A DNA stretch of 26,910 bases from IMG/VR virus record IMGVR_UViG_3300006893_000278, positions 1-26,910 of that record, one strand, 5' to 3'. The translations under genes and the position numbers were made by a program. Origin of the DNA: a virus (taxonomy: Duplodnaviria; Caudoviricetes). Every line of letters starts with the position of its first letter. Within the stretch, counting starts at the first letter, position 1. This document shows, piece by piece, positions 9,063-17,674 of this stretch. Below the pieces are notes generated by a model. That model was not told the DNA's origin. It saw only the letters and a program-made list of their open reading frames with translations, and did no database searches.

Positions 9063-9815
9063 ATGACTGGCAAGGTCGCATCGCAACCCTATAAGCGGCC
9101 ACCGATCACAGAGGCTGTGATTGCGGTCCAATTTGCCGCACCAGTGCCTGCGGACGATTTGCGAAAGGTAAGCAGGCGATTTAAAGCCCGTTACCCGGGC
9201 GAGCAGGAGGTCAAGACTCTTGGCGTGCATGTCGTGAATCCACCGGGCGGTAGGTCCCCGGTTACCAATGTGCAGGAAACGGTTGGGCATAGGCGCGCGT
9301 CAGACGATGCGACCGAGATCGTCCTTTTCATGCCCGACACATTGATCGTCTCTCAGCTGGCGCCGTACCCTGGATGGACCTCATTTTTCACACGCTTCGT
9401 TCGGGACTGGAAGCTATGGAAGCGCGAAATCTCGTTTCTGAGAATCAATCGATTGGGGGTCCGGTACATAAACCGGATTGATTTGCCAATCACCAAAGAT
9501 TATGTCGAGCAAGAAGAATACCTGAACATCTATATCCAATTGCCCGAAGTGCTGGGACCTACCACAAGTTATGCCGCACAAGCGGTCTTGAACATGAGAG
9601 ATATTAACTCGCAACTAATCATTAATACGGCGATTGTGCCTTCGCCGTTATTAAACCATGCATCGTTCCTAGTTGACATCGATATAAGTAGAACGCAAGA
9701 TGTGCCGCAGCGAGACGAAGACCTGTTTGAATTGTTGGTGAAATTTCGTGATATGAAGAACATGGTTTTCGAAGCCTGCATCACGGACCGAGCCAGAGAG
9801 CTGTTTTTGAGATGA
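9063..9815 (+). CDS. TIGR04255-family protein
   Basis: YKRPPITEAVIAVQF, YPGWTSF, INRLGVRYINRI and LVDID motifs; visibly lower GC. Alternative TTG start at 9030. Confidence 0.75.
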   Translation: MTGKVASQPYKRPPITEAVIAVQFAAPVPADDLRKVSRRFKARYPGEQEVKTLGVHVVNPPGGRSPVTNVQETVGHRRASDDATEIVLFMPDTLIVSQLAPYPGWTSFFTRFVRDWKLWKREISFLRINRLGVRYINRIDLPITKDYVEQEEYLNIYIQLPEVLGPTTSYAAQAVLNMRDINSQLIINTAIVPSPLLNHASFLVDIDISRTQDVPQRDEDLFELLVKFRDMKNMVFEACITDRARELFLR

Positions 9816-10417
9816 TCGAGATCGCGAGACCGAGCCAGCCTCGGGCAGCAACGTCCTTTCTCGGGCGGGATACGGGCCTGGAACATGTGGTGAGCGATAA
9901 TACGCATCGAATAATCACCCGATATGCCGACGCGCTTCGAAAGAGGCCGACGCCCGGTTCCCTCGAAGCTGTGGACGCGGAAAAGGATCTGGCAGAACGG
10001 CTTTTCGATGCCATTGCTGCCGCCAAAATGTTGACGGCGCAAGTTGCCATGCACCTTGATCGCGAGTGGCGCGATAAGATATTCCAGCAATTGGATTCCC
10101 TCCACGATGCCGATGAATGGCAGGCGGATGACGAGCCGATCCGACAGGGGTCTTTTAGTACGTTCCTGAAGGCGATGTTGGCGCTTCGACCCAACCGGCG
10201 TCCGGGCCTTGGTCTATCGCATAATGGTCAATTAGTAGCCGCCTGGACCACCGATCGCGACCGCCTGACGATCGAGTTTTTTCCGAATGATCGCGTCAGA
10301 TGGGTTCTTGTGCGATACATCGAGGATGAACCGGATCGGTTTGCAGCAGACACCCCCGTTTCCCGGTTAGGTGAGGGCCTAGCACCGCACCATCCGGAGC
10401 ACTGGTTCGTGCGATGA
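9812..10417 (+). CDS. Hypothetical protein, middle gene of the inserted cassette (candidate antitoxin)
   Basis: ATGA overlaps with both neighbours; PGLGLSHNGQLVAAW..LTIEF alpha/beta segment. Confidence 0.65.
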   Translation: MIEIARPSQPRAATSFLGRDTGLEHVVSDNTHRIITRYADALRKRPTPGSLEAVDAEKDLAERLFDAIAAAKMLTAQVAMHLDREWRDKIFQQLDSLHDADEWQADDEPIRQGSFSTFLKAMLALRPNRRPGLGLSHNGQLVAAWTTDRDRLTIEFFPNDRVRWVLVRYIEDEPDRFAADTPVSRLGEGLAPHHPEHWFVR

Positions 10418-10887
10418 AGGGTGGCAGGGGCAAGAACGTCCCGGATGACGATCACGCTATACGGCATGTGCCATGGGCTCGTCTCCGAAGAGACGAGGAT
10501 GACAATGTCATCGGGTTCCTCCCGCAAGCATTCCAATTGCGGCCTGAGGAGGAGTACCTCTCCGTAAATTGGATGGAATACCATGATGGTGATCGAGACA
10601 GGCAGATGACCTTGTCCATCTGGGGGATGCGGGCCTCTTTCGAAAGGCCGCTCGGAGCAAAGAGCGCGTTCGGGATCGCCAGTGTCGCAACAATCAAAGA
10701 TATCTCTCAAGCAGCTGGCGCTCGGGTGCGCGTCACACATGAACCGGACGGGGATAGGAATCCTGGGCACGCCGGAATTCGCCAACTGCCGCGCGACGAC
10801 CTGAACCTTTTGGAGGCAATAGCCGCAGACGCCTTCATTGAGAAGGTGAATAACGCGGATATTCCAGACGAACCCGCCACGGGGTAG
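10414..10887 (+). CDS. Hypothetical protein with ADP-ribosyltransferase/RES-like motif pattern (candidate toxin)
   Basis: IRH..AF.LR..YLSVNW..V.HEP...NPGHAGI. Fold assignment is an inference. Confidence 0.55.
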   Translation: MKGGRGKNVPDDDHAIRHVPWARLRRDEDDNVIGFLPQAFQLRPEEEYLSVNWMEYHDGDRDRQMTLSIWGMRASFERPLGAKSAFGIASVATIKDISQAAGARVRVTHEPDGDRNPGHAGIRQLPRDDLNLLEAIAADAFIEKVNNADIPDEPATG

Positions 10888-10926
10888 GTCGTCACTCTTC
10901 ACCTTTCAGGATTGGCTCCAATCCCG

Positions 10927-10950
10927 ACCCGCCGCCGTGGCGGGTTTTTT
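10927..10950 (+). terminator. Intrinsic terminator upstream of the capsid gene
   Basis: ACCCGCC-gccgt-GGCGGGT stem-loop followed by TTTTTGTTT. Confidence 0.85.
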
Positions 10951-10977
10951 GTTTCCAACTCGCGGAAGGACACACCA

Positions 10978-12464
10978 ATGAACCCGATCCAGGACACCCT
11001 CGATCTGGTGAAGGGCGCGCTGCGCACGCCTGACGACCAGATCACCAAAACGATTTCTACCGGCACCGGCCTCGTCGCCTTCGACCTGCAGGCGCCGGCG
11101 AAAAACCTCTATCCCGTCGTGACCCCGATCCGCAATTCGCTGCCGCGGGTTGGCGGCGGCACGGGTACGGCGACCAACTGGCGCCAGGTGACCGCGTTGA
11201 CCGGCTCCGGCTTCGACTCGATGGGCTGGGTCCCGGAAGGGCAGCGCTCGGGCCAAATGTCGTATTCGACTGCGTCCAAATCGGCGGCTTATGTGACGAT
11301 CGGCGAGGAGGACGCGGCGACCTACGAGGCGATCAGCGCCGGCCGCCATTTCGAAGACATTCAGGCGCGGATGACCTTCCGCCTGTTGCAGAAACTGATG
11401 CTGAAGGAGGAGATGGCGATCCTCGGCGGCAACGCCACCCTGCAACTGGGCATCCCGGCAACACCGGTTTTGTCGGCCTCGGGTTCAGGCGCAACTCTGC
11501 CGGCCGCGACCTATTCGGTGATTGTCGTCGCTCTGACCCTGGAAGGTTACCAGAACTCGAGTCTAGCCGCAGGGATCGCCACGACCAAAACCATCAACGG
11601 CGCCGACGGCAAGACTTTGTGTTGTCGGGCGGCTCGTCCAACAAGAGCGCTAATGCGACCCAGGCGGTGACATTGGGGCAAACGCTGTTCGCCAGCGTTG
11701 CCGCGACGCAGGGCGCGGTCGCCTATGCCTGGTATGTCGGCACCGCCGGCGCAGAGACGCTGCAGGCGATCACCACGATCAACAGCGCCAGTTTCGCGGC
11801 GCCGCTGGCCAGCGGCCAGCAGGCGGCAACGGCAATCACCGCCGACAATTCGGCCAATCCGAGCTACGCCTATAACGGGCTCCTTACGACCGCGCTGCAA
11901 TCCGGTTCAAACGCCTATATCAACATCATGGCGACCGGCACCGCCGGCACAGGCACGCCACTGACCGCCTCCGGCCGCGGCTCCGTCGTCGAGATCGACA
12001 CGATGTTCCAGCAGATGTGGAACCTCTACCAGGTGTCGCCGACCGTGCTCTACGTCAATGTGCAGGAGCTGAAGAACATCACCAGCAAGGTGCTGTCCAA
12101 CGCCTCGGGGCCGCTGCTGCGCTACGAGGTCAGCGGCGACGGCAACGCCTACGATCTCGCAGCGGCGGGGGCGGTGTCGTTCTACTTCAATCCGTTCGCG
12201 CTGAACGGCGGGCTGCGCATTCCGGTCCGCATTCATCCGCGCGTGCCGCCTGGCACGATCATCGGCTGGGCGGAGAACCTGCCGATCCAGTACCAGTCTA
12301 ACGAAGTGCCGAACGTCGCCGAGGTCAAGGCTCGGCAGGACTATTACCAGATCGACTGGCCGGTGGTGACCCGCCAGCGCCAGGTCGGCGTCTACGCCGA
12401 AGAGGTTCTGGCTGTCTACGCCCCGTTTGCGATGGGCGTCATCACCAATATCGGGAATGGCTGA
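10978..12464 (+). pseudogene. Major capsid protein, split by a one-base frameshift near 11617
   Basis: AAGGA RBS; GLVAFDLQAPAKNLYPVVTPIRNSLPRV..LMLKEEMAILGGN, continuing in the -1 frame to IHPRVPPGTI..GVYAEEVLAVYAP. Position between protease and connector. Confidence 0.75.
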
Positions 12465-12483
12465 TCGGTCCAATTCGCTCCGC

Positions 12484-12537
12484 AGGCGGTGAGACGGTGT
12501 GGGTGATTTTTCCGTGCCTCATCGTCCCTCCGCCTTT
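12484..12537 (+). terminator. Long imperfect hairpin after the capsid gene (terminator or mRNA stabiliser)
   Basis: AGGCGGTGAGACGGTGTGG pairs with CCTCATCGTCCCTCCGCCT (3 mismatches, one G-U), followed by a T-rich tract. Confidence 0.5.
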
Positions 12538-12566
12538 GTGGTGAATTTTTTGCAGGAGCAGCTCAA

Positions 12567-13205
12567 ATGGCGTTTGGCGACCTGACGGTTCTTGCCGATG
12601 TCAAGGCTTGGTTGCAGACCGGACAGACCGCGTTTCCGGCTACTGACGACGCGCTATTGACGCGGCTGATCACCGCGGCGAGCCACTTCATCCAGAGCTG
12701 GCTCAATCGCCAGATTGCATCCGGCGATTGGCAGGAAGTTCGCGACGGCGCCGGCGGACAACGCCTTGCTTTCGCCAATTTTCCGGTCACCGCGGTGCTG
12801 TCACTGGCGATCGACGGCTTGGAAATACCGCCAGCGCCAAGCGATGGCGGTTATGGCGCGGGGTACGTCTTCAGTCCGACCGAGCTGGCCTTGCGCGGCT
12901 ACGTCTTCACCCGGCGCGCGCAGAACGTGATCGTCGCCTATACCGCCGGCTATCCGGCGACACCACCCGACATCGCGCAGGCCTGCATCGAGCTGGTGTG
13001 CCAGCGCTATCGCGAGCGCACCCGTATCGGCGAGGTGTCGCGTGCCGTGGGCGGGGGCGAGACCGTCAGCTTTTCTCCACAGGATATGAGCGACAACGTG
13101 AAGCTGCTGCTTTCGCAATACCGTGCCATGGCGCCGGTGTCGGGCGCTGCCCGCCAACTCGCCACCACGGCGACCGATCCCGCGCTGATGGCGGCCGCCT
13201 TATGA
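12567..13205 (+). CDS. Head-tail connector (gp6-like adaptor)
   Basis: LTVLADVKAWL..DDALLTRLITAAS..WLNR, YTAGY..PPDIAQACIELV; AGGAG RBS. Confidence 0.85.
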   Translation: MAFGDLTVLADVKAWLQTGQTAFPATDDALLTRLITAASHFIQSWLNRQIASGDWQEVRDGAGGQRLAFANFPVTAVLSLAIDGLEIPPAPSDGGYGAGYVFSPTELALRGYVFTRRAQNVIVAYTAGYPATPPDIAQACIELVCQRYRERTRIGEVSRAVGGGETVSFSPQDMSDNVKLLLSQYRAMAPVSGAARQLATTATDPALMAAAL

Positions 13206-13615
13206 TCGCGCCGAAAATGGTCGGCGATGCGGCGCTGCTTGCTCGTTTTGCTGCGCTCCCAGATAGGTTGCGCGCAGCCCTCGTCAGCAAAGCCGAAGAG
13301 CTTGGCCGAGCGTTGCGCGAGCGGTCCGGACGCCTGGAGGGCGCCGCAGACGTATCGCTCGAGGTCGCAAGCACGGCTGATGGCGTGACGGTGACAATCG
13401 GGATGCGTTCGGGCCCCGCGGGGCGACCGCGGCGTGCCGCCAATTCCAGAACCGGCCGCGCATCGGTTAGGCCGTGGCGCGCGCGACCCGACAGGTTCCG
13501 GCCCGCAACCGATGCCCGCTCGGCGCTGCCCGCGTTCGATGCTGCGTTCGTCGCGATGGGTCGCGAAATCCGCGCGGGCCTGGAAATGGTCGTCCGTCGG
13601 GCGTTCGCCCCATGA
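13202..13615 (+). CDS. Putative tail-completion protein (HK97 gp10-like position), divergent
   Basis: ATGA overlaps on both sides; VGDAALLARFAALPDRLR N-terminus; gene order. Confidence 0.5.
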   Translation: MIAPKMVGDAALLARFAALPDRLRAALVSKAEELGRALRERSGRLEGAADVSLEVASTADGVTVTIGMRSGPAGRPRRAANSRTGRASVRPWRARPDRFRPATDARSALPAFDAAFVAMGREIRAGLEMVVRRAFAP

Positions 13616-14046
13616 TCAAGCGTGAGCCGATCTACGCCGCGTTGTTCGCGCTTGTCGCCGGCGCGGCCAATTTCGTTACGGCGGAGCGGCGATGGCGCCA
13701 TTGGAGCGAACTGACCCCGGCCGAGCAGCCGGCGCTGTTCATGCTTCAGAAGTCGGAACACGCGGCGGTAGCGACGCTCGGCGCGCCGACGGTGTGGACG
13801 CTGGCCGTCGAGCTCTATGTCTATGGTCACGCAAGTGACCCCTACGCGGCGCCGGCGACAGTGCTCAATCCGCTGGTCGATGGCGTAGAGGCAGCGCTCG
13901 CGCCATCGCCGGTTACCGGGCTGCAAGATCTCGGTCTGCCGGCAATGGTTCAGCACGCTTACATCGCCGGAAAAATCGAAACCGATGAAGGGGTGCTCCG
14001 CGATCAGGCGATCGCGATCATCCCGATCGAAATTCTCTGCCTTTAG
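13612..14046 (+). CDS. Putative tail terminator
   Basis: REPIYAALF..RHWSEL..EQPALF..LNPLVDGVEAAL; located before the tail tube gene. Confidence 0.6.
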   Translation: MIKREPIYAALFALVAGAANFVTAERRWRHWSELTPAEQPALFMLQKSEHAAVATLGAPTVWTLAVELYVYGHASDPYAAPATVLNPLVDGVEAALAPSPVTGLQDLGLPAMVQHAYIAGKIETDEGVLRDQAIAIIPIEILCL

Positions 14047-14058
14047 CAGGAGCTAATC

Positions 14059-14268
14059 ATGGAAGAAGCTGCCGGCCCTGGCGTTGCAGGGCCGCCACCG
14101 AACGGTACGGCCGCGCCGGGATCGCTCGCGGACATCGTCGAGCGCTGGTGGGCCGATCATTTTCCCGGTTCGCCGGTGGCCCAGGTGACGCTGGCCTGGA
14201 ACCACGCCTTTGCCGCCAAGGAAGACCTGAAGCGGCGCCTGGCGAATCTCTCTGGAGGAGTGCTCTGA
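14059..14268 (+). CDS. Small hypothetical protein
   Basis: AGGAG RBS; fills the gap between connector and tail tube genes; VERWWADHFPGSPVA. Confidence 0.65.
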   Translation: MEEAAGPGVAGPPPNGTAAPGSLADIVERWWADHFPGSPVAQVTLAWNHAFAAKEDLKRRLANLSGGVL

Positions 14269-14269
14269 A

Positions 14270-15037
14270 ATGCAGCTCGCGTTCGGCGCCGGGGCGCTGT
14301 GGGGCAACCGCACCGATGTGACCGGCTCGGGCATCGGCCCGGACCAGTTCGGCATATTGCAGGACGTGCAGATCGATTGGGACTGGCAGACCAAGGAATT
14401 ATGGGGCCAGTTCCAATTCCCGGTCGATATCGCGCGCGGCCAGGGCAAGATCACCGGCAAGGCCAAATTCGCCCGCATCTTCGGCGCGATCTACGGCGAT
14501 CTGTTCTTCGGGCAGACCGCGGCGGCGGGCCAGCTGACCGTCTCGGAAAACGAGGCGGCGACGGTCCCGGCGACGACGCCCTATACGGTAACGGTCGCCA
14601 ACGCCGCCAGCTATGTCGACGATCTCGGCGTATTTTACGCCACCGGCAGCAATGCCGGGAGCCGCTTCACGCGCGTCACCACCCCCTCATCGGCCGGGCA
14701 ATACTCGGTCAACCTCGCGACCGGCATCTACACCTTCGCCGCCGCCGATGCGAGCGCGCCCCTCCTCGTCAGCTACCTCTACACTGTCAGCACCTCAGGC
14801 AAGAAGCTGGTGCTGACCAACCAGCTCATGGGCACGACGCCGACCTTCAAGGCGACCTTCTACACGACCAAAAGCACCGGCGGCGTCTCGGCAGGGCTCG
14901 CGATGGTGCTCAATGCCTGTACCGCGACGAAATTGTCGCTGCCGACCAAGATCGACGATTACGAGATCCAGGAATTCGACTTCAGCGCCTTCGCCGATGC
15001 AACCGGCACGATCGGCACGCTGAGCGTCAACGAGTAG
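14270..15037 (+). CDS. Major tail (tube) protein
   Basis: GGAGGAG RBS; FGAGALWG..FGILQDVQID..KELWGQFQFP..EFDFSAFAD; located before the chaperones and tape measure. Confidence 0.8.
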   Translation: MQLAFGAGALWGNRTDVTGSGIGPDQFGILQDVQIDWDWQTKELWGQFQFPVDIARGQGKITGKAKFARIFGAIYGDLFFGQTAAAGQLTVSENEAATVPATTPYTVTVANAASYVDDLGVFYATGSNAGSRFTRVTTPSSAGQYSVNLATGIYTFAAADASAPLLVSYLYTVSTSGKKLVLTNQLMGTTPTFKATFYTTKSTGGVSAGLAMVLNACTATKLSLPTKIDDYEIQEFDFSAFADATGTIGTLSVNE

Positions 15038-15042
15038 GCCCG

Positions 15043-15426
15043 ATGACCGAGACCATGATTCTGGGCGGACGGCGCTTCGAGATCCGCCCCTTGAGGCTCG
15101 GCCAGCTGCGGGTGTTGCTTGATGCGCTCGACGACATGACGGGCAAATCGGGCGGCGCGCTGATCGACGCTGCTGCCAAGGTGGTAACGGCTGGGCTCGC
15201 GCCGGCACATCCCGACCTCACCGCCGACGCGGTGCTCGATCTCGAAGCGACGATCGAGGAACTCAACGCGACGGTAGCAGCTGTTCTGCGTATCGCCGGG
15301 CTGACACAATCGGGGGAAGCCCAGCCGGTGGCGAGCCCGGAGAAACCCTCCGAGGACAGCTCGGCGCCGTTTACGGTGCCCTCGCCACCGGCTGCTGCTA
15401 TTCCTACCGCATCATCGACGACATGA
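15043..15426 (+). CDS. Tail assembly chaperone (lambda G-like)
   Basis: Follows the tail tube gene; contains slippery G-GGG-GAA at 15312-15318. Confidence 0.75.
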   Translation: MTETMILGGRRFEIRPLRLGQLRVLLDALDDMTGKSGGALIDAAAKVVTAGLAPAHPDLTADAVLDLEATIEELNATVAAVLRIAGLTQSGEAQPVASPEKPSEDSSAPFTVPSPPAAAIPTASSTT

Positions 15427-15710
15427 CGCTCGCCGAGGCCGGGGAGATCTTCGGGTATTGGGAAGAGTGTCCGCCGACCCATCTGATGCTGCAGACGATC
15501 GCGCGCATGTTCGGCTGGATGCCCCGTCCGGCGCCGGCCGGCGCGACGCCGATCGCGGAGATCGCCGCCGCTGCGCCGCCCGGGCTCTCTGTCGCGCGGG
15601 GCGGCGATCTCGGCATGCCGCCGCCGCTCGACCTCTACGCCCTGCGCGCCCGCAACCGGGCCCGGGCGATCGCCATCGCGCGCCGTGACCAGCGCCCGGC
15701 AATCGGCTAA
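15312..15710 (+). CDS. Tail assembly chaperone -1 frameshift extension (lambda T-like)
   Basis: The -1 frame is open from the slippery site through GAVYGALATGCCYSYRIIDDMTL..YWEECPP to the stop at 15710. Confidence 0.7.
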   Translation, partial: GGSPAGGEPGETLRGQLGAVYGALATGCCYSYRIIDDMTLAEAGEIFGYWEECPPTHLMLQTIARMFGWMPRPAPAGATPIAEIAAAAPPGLSVARGGDLGMPPPLDLYALRARNRARAIAIARRDQRPAIG

Positions 15711-15776
15711 CGCCATTGTGAGACGGCGGACGAGGCGCGTAACCTCGGCGCAGAAAATCGGCGCGGAGGGACGGCG

Positions 15777-16442
15777 ATGCGCTGGCTCCGGCTCTGTTGT
15801 CTCCTCCTCGGGCTGGCGGCCTGCACCCTGTCGGCCCCTGCGGTTGCCGTTCAGCCGGCTGACGGGCCGGGGTGCCTCGGTGTCACAGCCGAGGAGTGCG
15901 TCCGCTGGCTGCGCACGACGATGACGCTCGACGAGAATTTTCTCGCCAACGCGATGGCAGGCCGTCATCAGGTCGACGTTAACGGCCGGCCGGTCGGCGG
16001 CGGGCTGGTCACGGTCTACGCCAAGCTCCCGGGGGAGCTCGATGCCTTTGTCATCCTGCTGCATCTGCGGCCGGACGACACAGTGCAGAGCGTCGAATCG
16101 AACCTGTTGGTCAATCTGCTGGCGTATCGGACCGAGCAGATCTACGACCAGAGCCGGCTCTACGACATCGTGTGGCGTCTGCTCGGCCGGCGTTGTCCCG
16201 GGATCACCAAGATCGATCTCTATCGGTTTTTCGAGAACTCGGTGAAGCCCCGGGTCATCCATCAACAGGAGGATCTTTCGGGCGGCCTCAATGGGCTGCA
16301 CCGGGCCGTGTCGCATGCCGCCGGCGTGCCGTATTGCGGCGGCGTCGCCCTCGCCTACACCAACCTCCTCCAGTGGCGGGGGGGCCAGGACCCCAAGGCG
16401 GTAGCAAAGCGGACACAGTTTTCGTCGATAGAACTGCGATAG
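15777..16442 (+). CDS. Exported protein or lipoprotein, moron-like
   Basis: GGAGGG RBS; leader MRWLRLCCLLLGLAAC with LAAC lipobox; own downstream terminator. Confidence 0.7.
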   Translation: MRWLRLCCLLLGLAACTLSAPAVAVQPADGPGCLGVTAEECVRWLRTTMTLDENFLANAMAGRHQVDVNGRPVGGGLVTVYAKLPGELDAFVILLHLRPDDTVQSVESNLLVNLLAYRTEQIYDQSRLYDIVWRLLGRRCPGITKIDLYRFFENSVKPRVIHQQEDLSGGLNGLHRAVSHAAGVPYCGGVALAYTNLLQWRGGQDPKAVAKRTQFSSIELR

Positions 16443-16484
16443 CCGCGGCACGCATTTACGACCCTCCGCTGCGGCAGGGATCCT

Positions 16485-16507
16485 CGGGGCGCCTGGCGCC
16501 CCGTTTT
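16485..16507 (+). terminator. Intrinsic terminator before the tape measure gene
   Basis: CGGGGCGC-ctg-GCGCCCCG followed by TTTT. Confidence 0.7.
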
Positions 16508-16522
16508 CGTCTGAGGTGACCA

Positions 16523-17665
16523 TTGGCCGACGAAGTGCAGATAAAATTCAGCGCCGATATCGGTGACGCATTGTCGGCGCTCAACGCGCTGAAGCAGGCG
16601 GTTACCGGCGCGACCGTGCCGGTGACGCAGCTCAAGAGCGCCTTCGCCAATGCCAGCGCAGCGCTCCAGCAGAATAGCGCCGCAACCGTCGCCGCGTTCA
16701 AGGCGGACATGCAGCAAATGGTCGCCCAGCACGCGATCTCGCTGGGCCAGGCGCTCGGCTTCGATATCGAGTACACGGCGCAGCGCAGCGCCGAGGAACG
16801 CGCCCGGCTCGAAGCTGCCCTGGCCACCGACGCCGCCACCGTCACCGAAAAATCGGCGAGCTACGCCCAGCTCGTTGACTTGAGCGCACGCTACTCGGCG
16901 CAGCTCGCACAAGACCAGATGCGCATCGCCCAGGCCGCGCAGAGACTTGCCGAGAAGATCGCCCAGCCCTTCAAGAAAGCATTTGACGGGATCGGCACCA
17001 GCTTCGAAACCGCTGTCACCGACCTCTTGCTGCATAAGGGCACGACGCAAAACATCGGGCGGCAGCTTTACCAGTCGATAGTCGGCCAGGGCGTCAGCCT
17101 CGCCGGCTCGACCCTGTCCATGGCTGCCGCGGGTGCGCTGGGCGGCCGGGAGGGAGAGGGTCTGGGAAGCTATCTGAGCCGGCAGGTGGCCGAGCTGATC
17201 CTGCACTCCTCGCTCTTGGCGGGCATCCTCGGCAATACGGCGGAGACCGCAGTCGCGTCGAGTGCCGGCGCTGCCACATCCGCGGCAGGCAGCGTCGCCG
17301 GCGGCAGCATATCGGCGGCTGGCAGCGTCGCCGGTGGTGGCCTCTTTTCCTGGGTCGGCGGTCTCCTCGGCTTCGCTGCGGGCGGCATCGTACCTTCGGC
17401 CGCTCGCGGCTGGGCCTTGCCCAATTTTGCCGGTGCAACTCCGGCACTGTTGCACTCGCGTGAAATGGTACTACCGGCGCCGCTCAGCGAAGGACTCCAG
17501 AGCATGATCGCGCAAGGCGGGTCTGGTGGCGACATGCACCTGCATTTTCACGGACCCTCCGACGGCCCGGCGGTTGAACGCTGGTTCACCGGGCTGATGG
17601 CCCGCAACCCCGGGGTGCTGCGCAACATGATGCGCTCGAACGCACTGACCCCACGCACGATTTGA
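16523..17665 (+). CDS. Tail tape measure protein (short, 380 aa)
   Basis: GAGGTG RBS with TTG start; Ala-rich helical sequence; C-terminal FAAGGIVP..ALLHSREMVLP motif. Confidence 0.85.
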   Translation: MADEVQIKFSADIGDALSALNALKQAVTGATVPVTQLKSAFANASAALQQNSAATVAAFKADMQQMVAQHAISLGQALGFDIEYTAQRSAEERARLEAALATDAATVTEKSASYAQLVDLSARYSAQLAQDQMRIAQAAQRLAEKIAQPFKKAFDGIGTSFETAVTDLLLHKGTTQNIGRQLYQSIVGQGVSLAGSTLSMAAAGALGGREGEGLGSYLSRQVAELILHSSLLAGILGNTAETAVASSAGAATSAAGSVAGGSISAAGSVAGGGLFSWVGGLLGFAAGGIVPSAARGWALPNFAGATPALLHSREMVLPAPLSEGLQSMIAQGGSGGDMHLHFHGPSDGPAVERWFTGLMARNPGVLRNMMRSNALTPRTI

Positions 17666-17674
17666 CGAGGTTCC

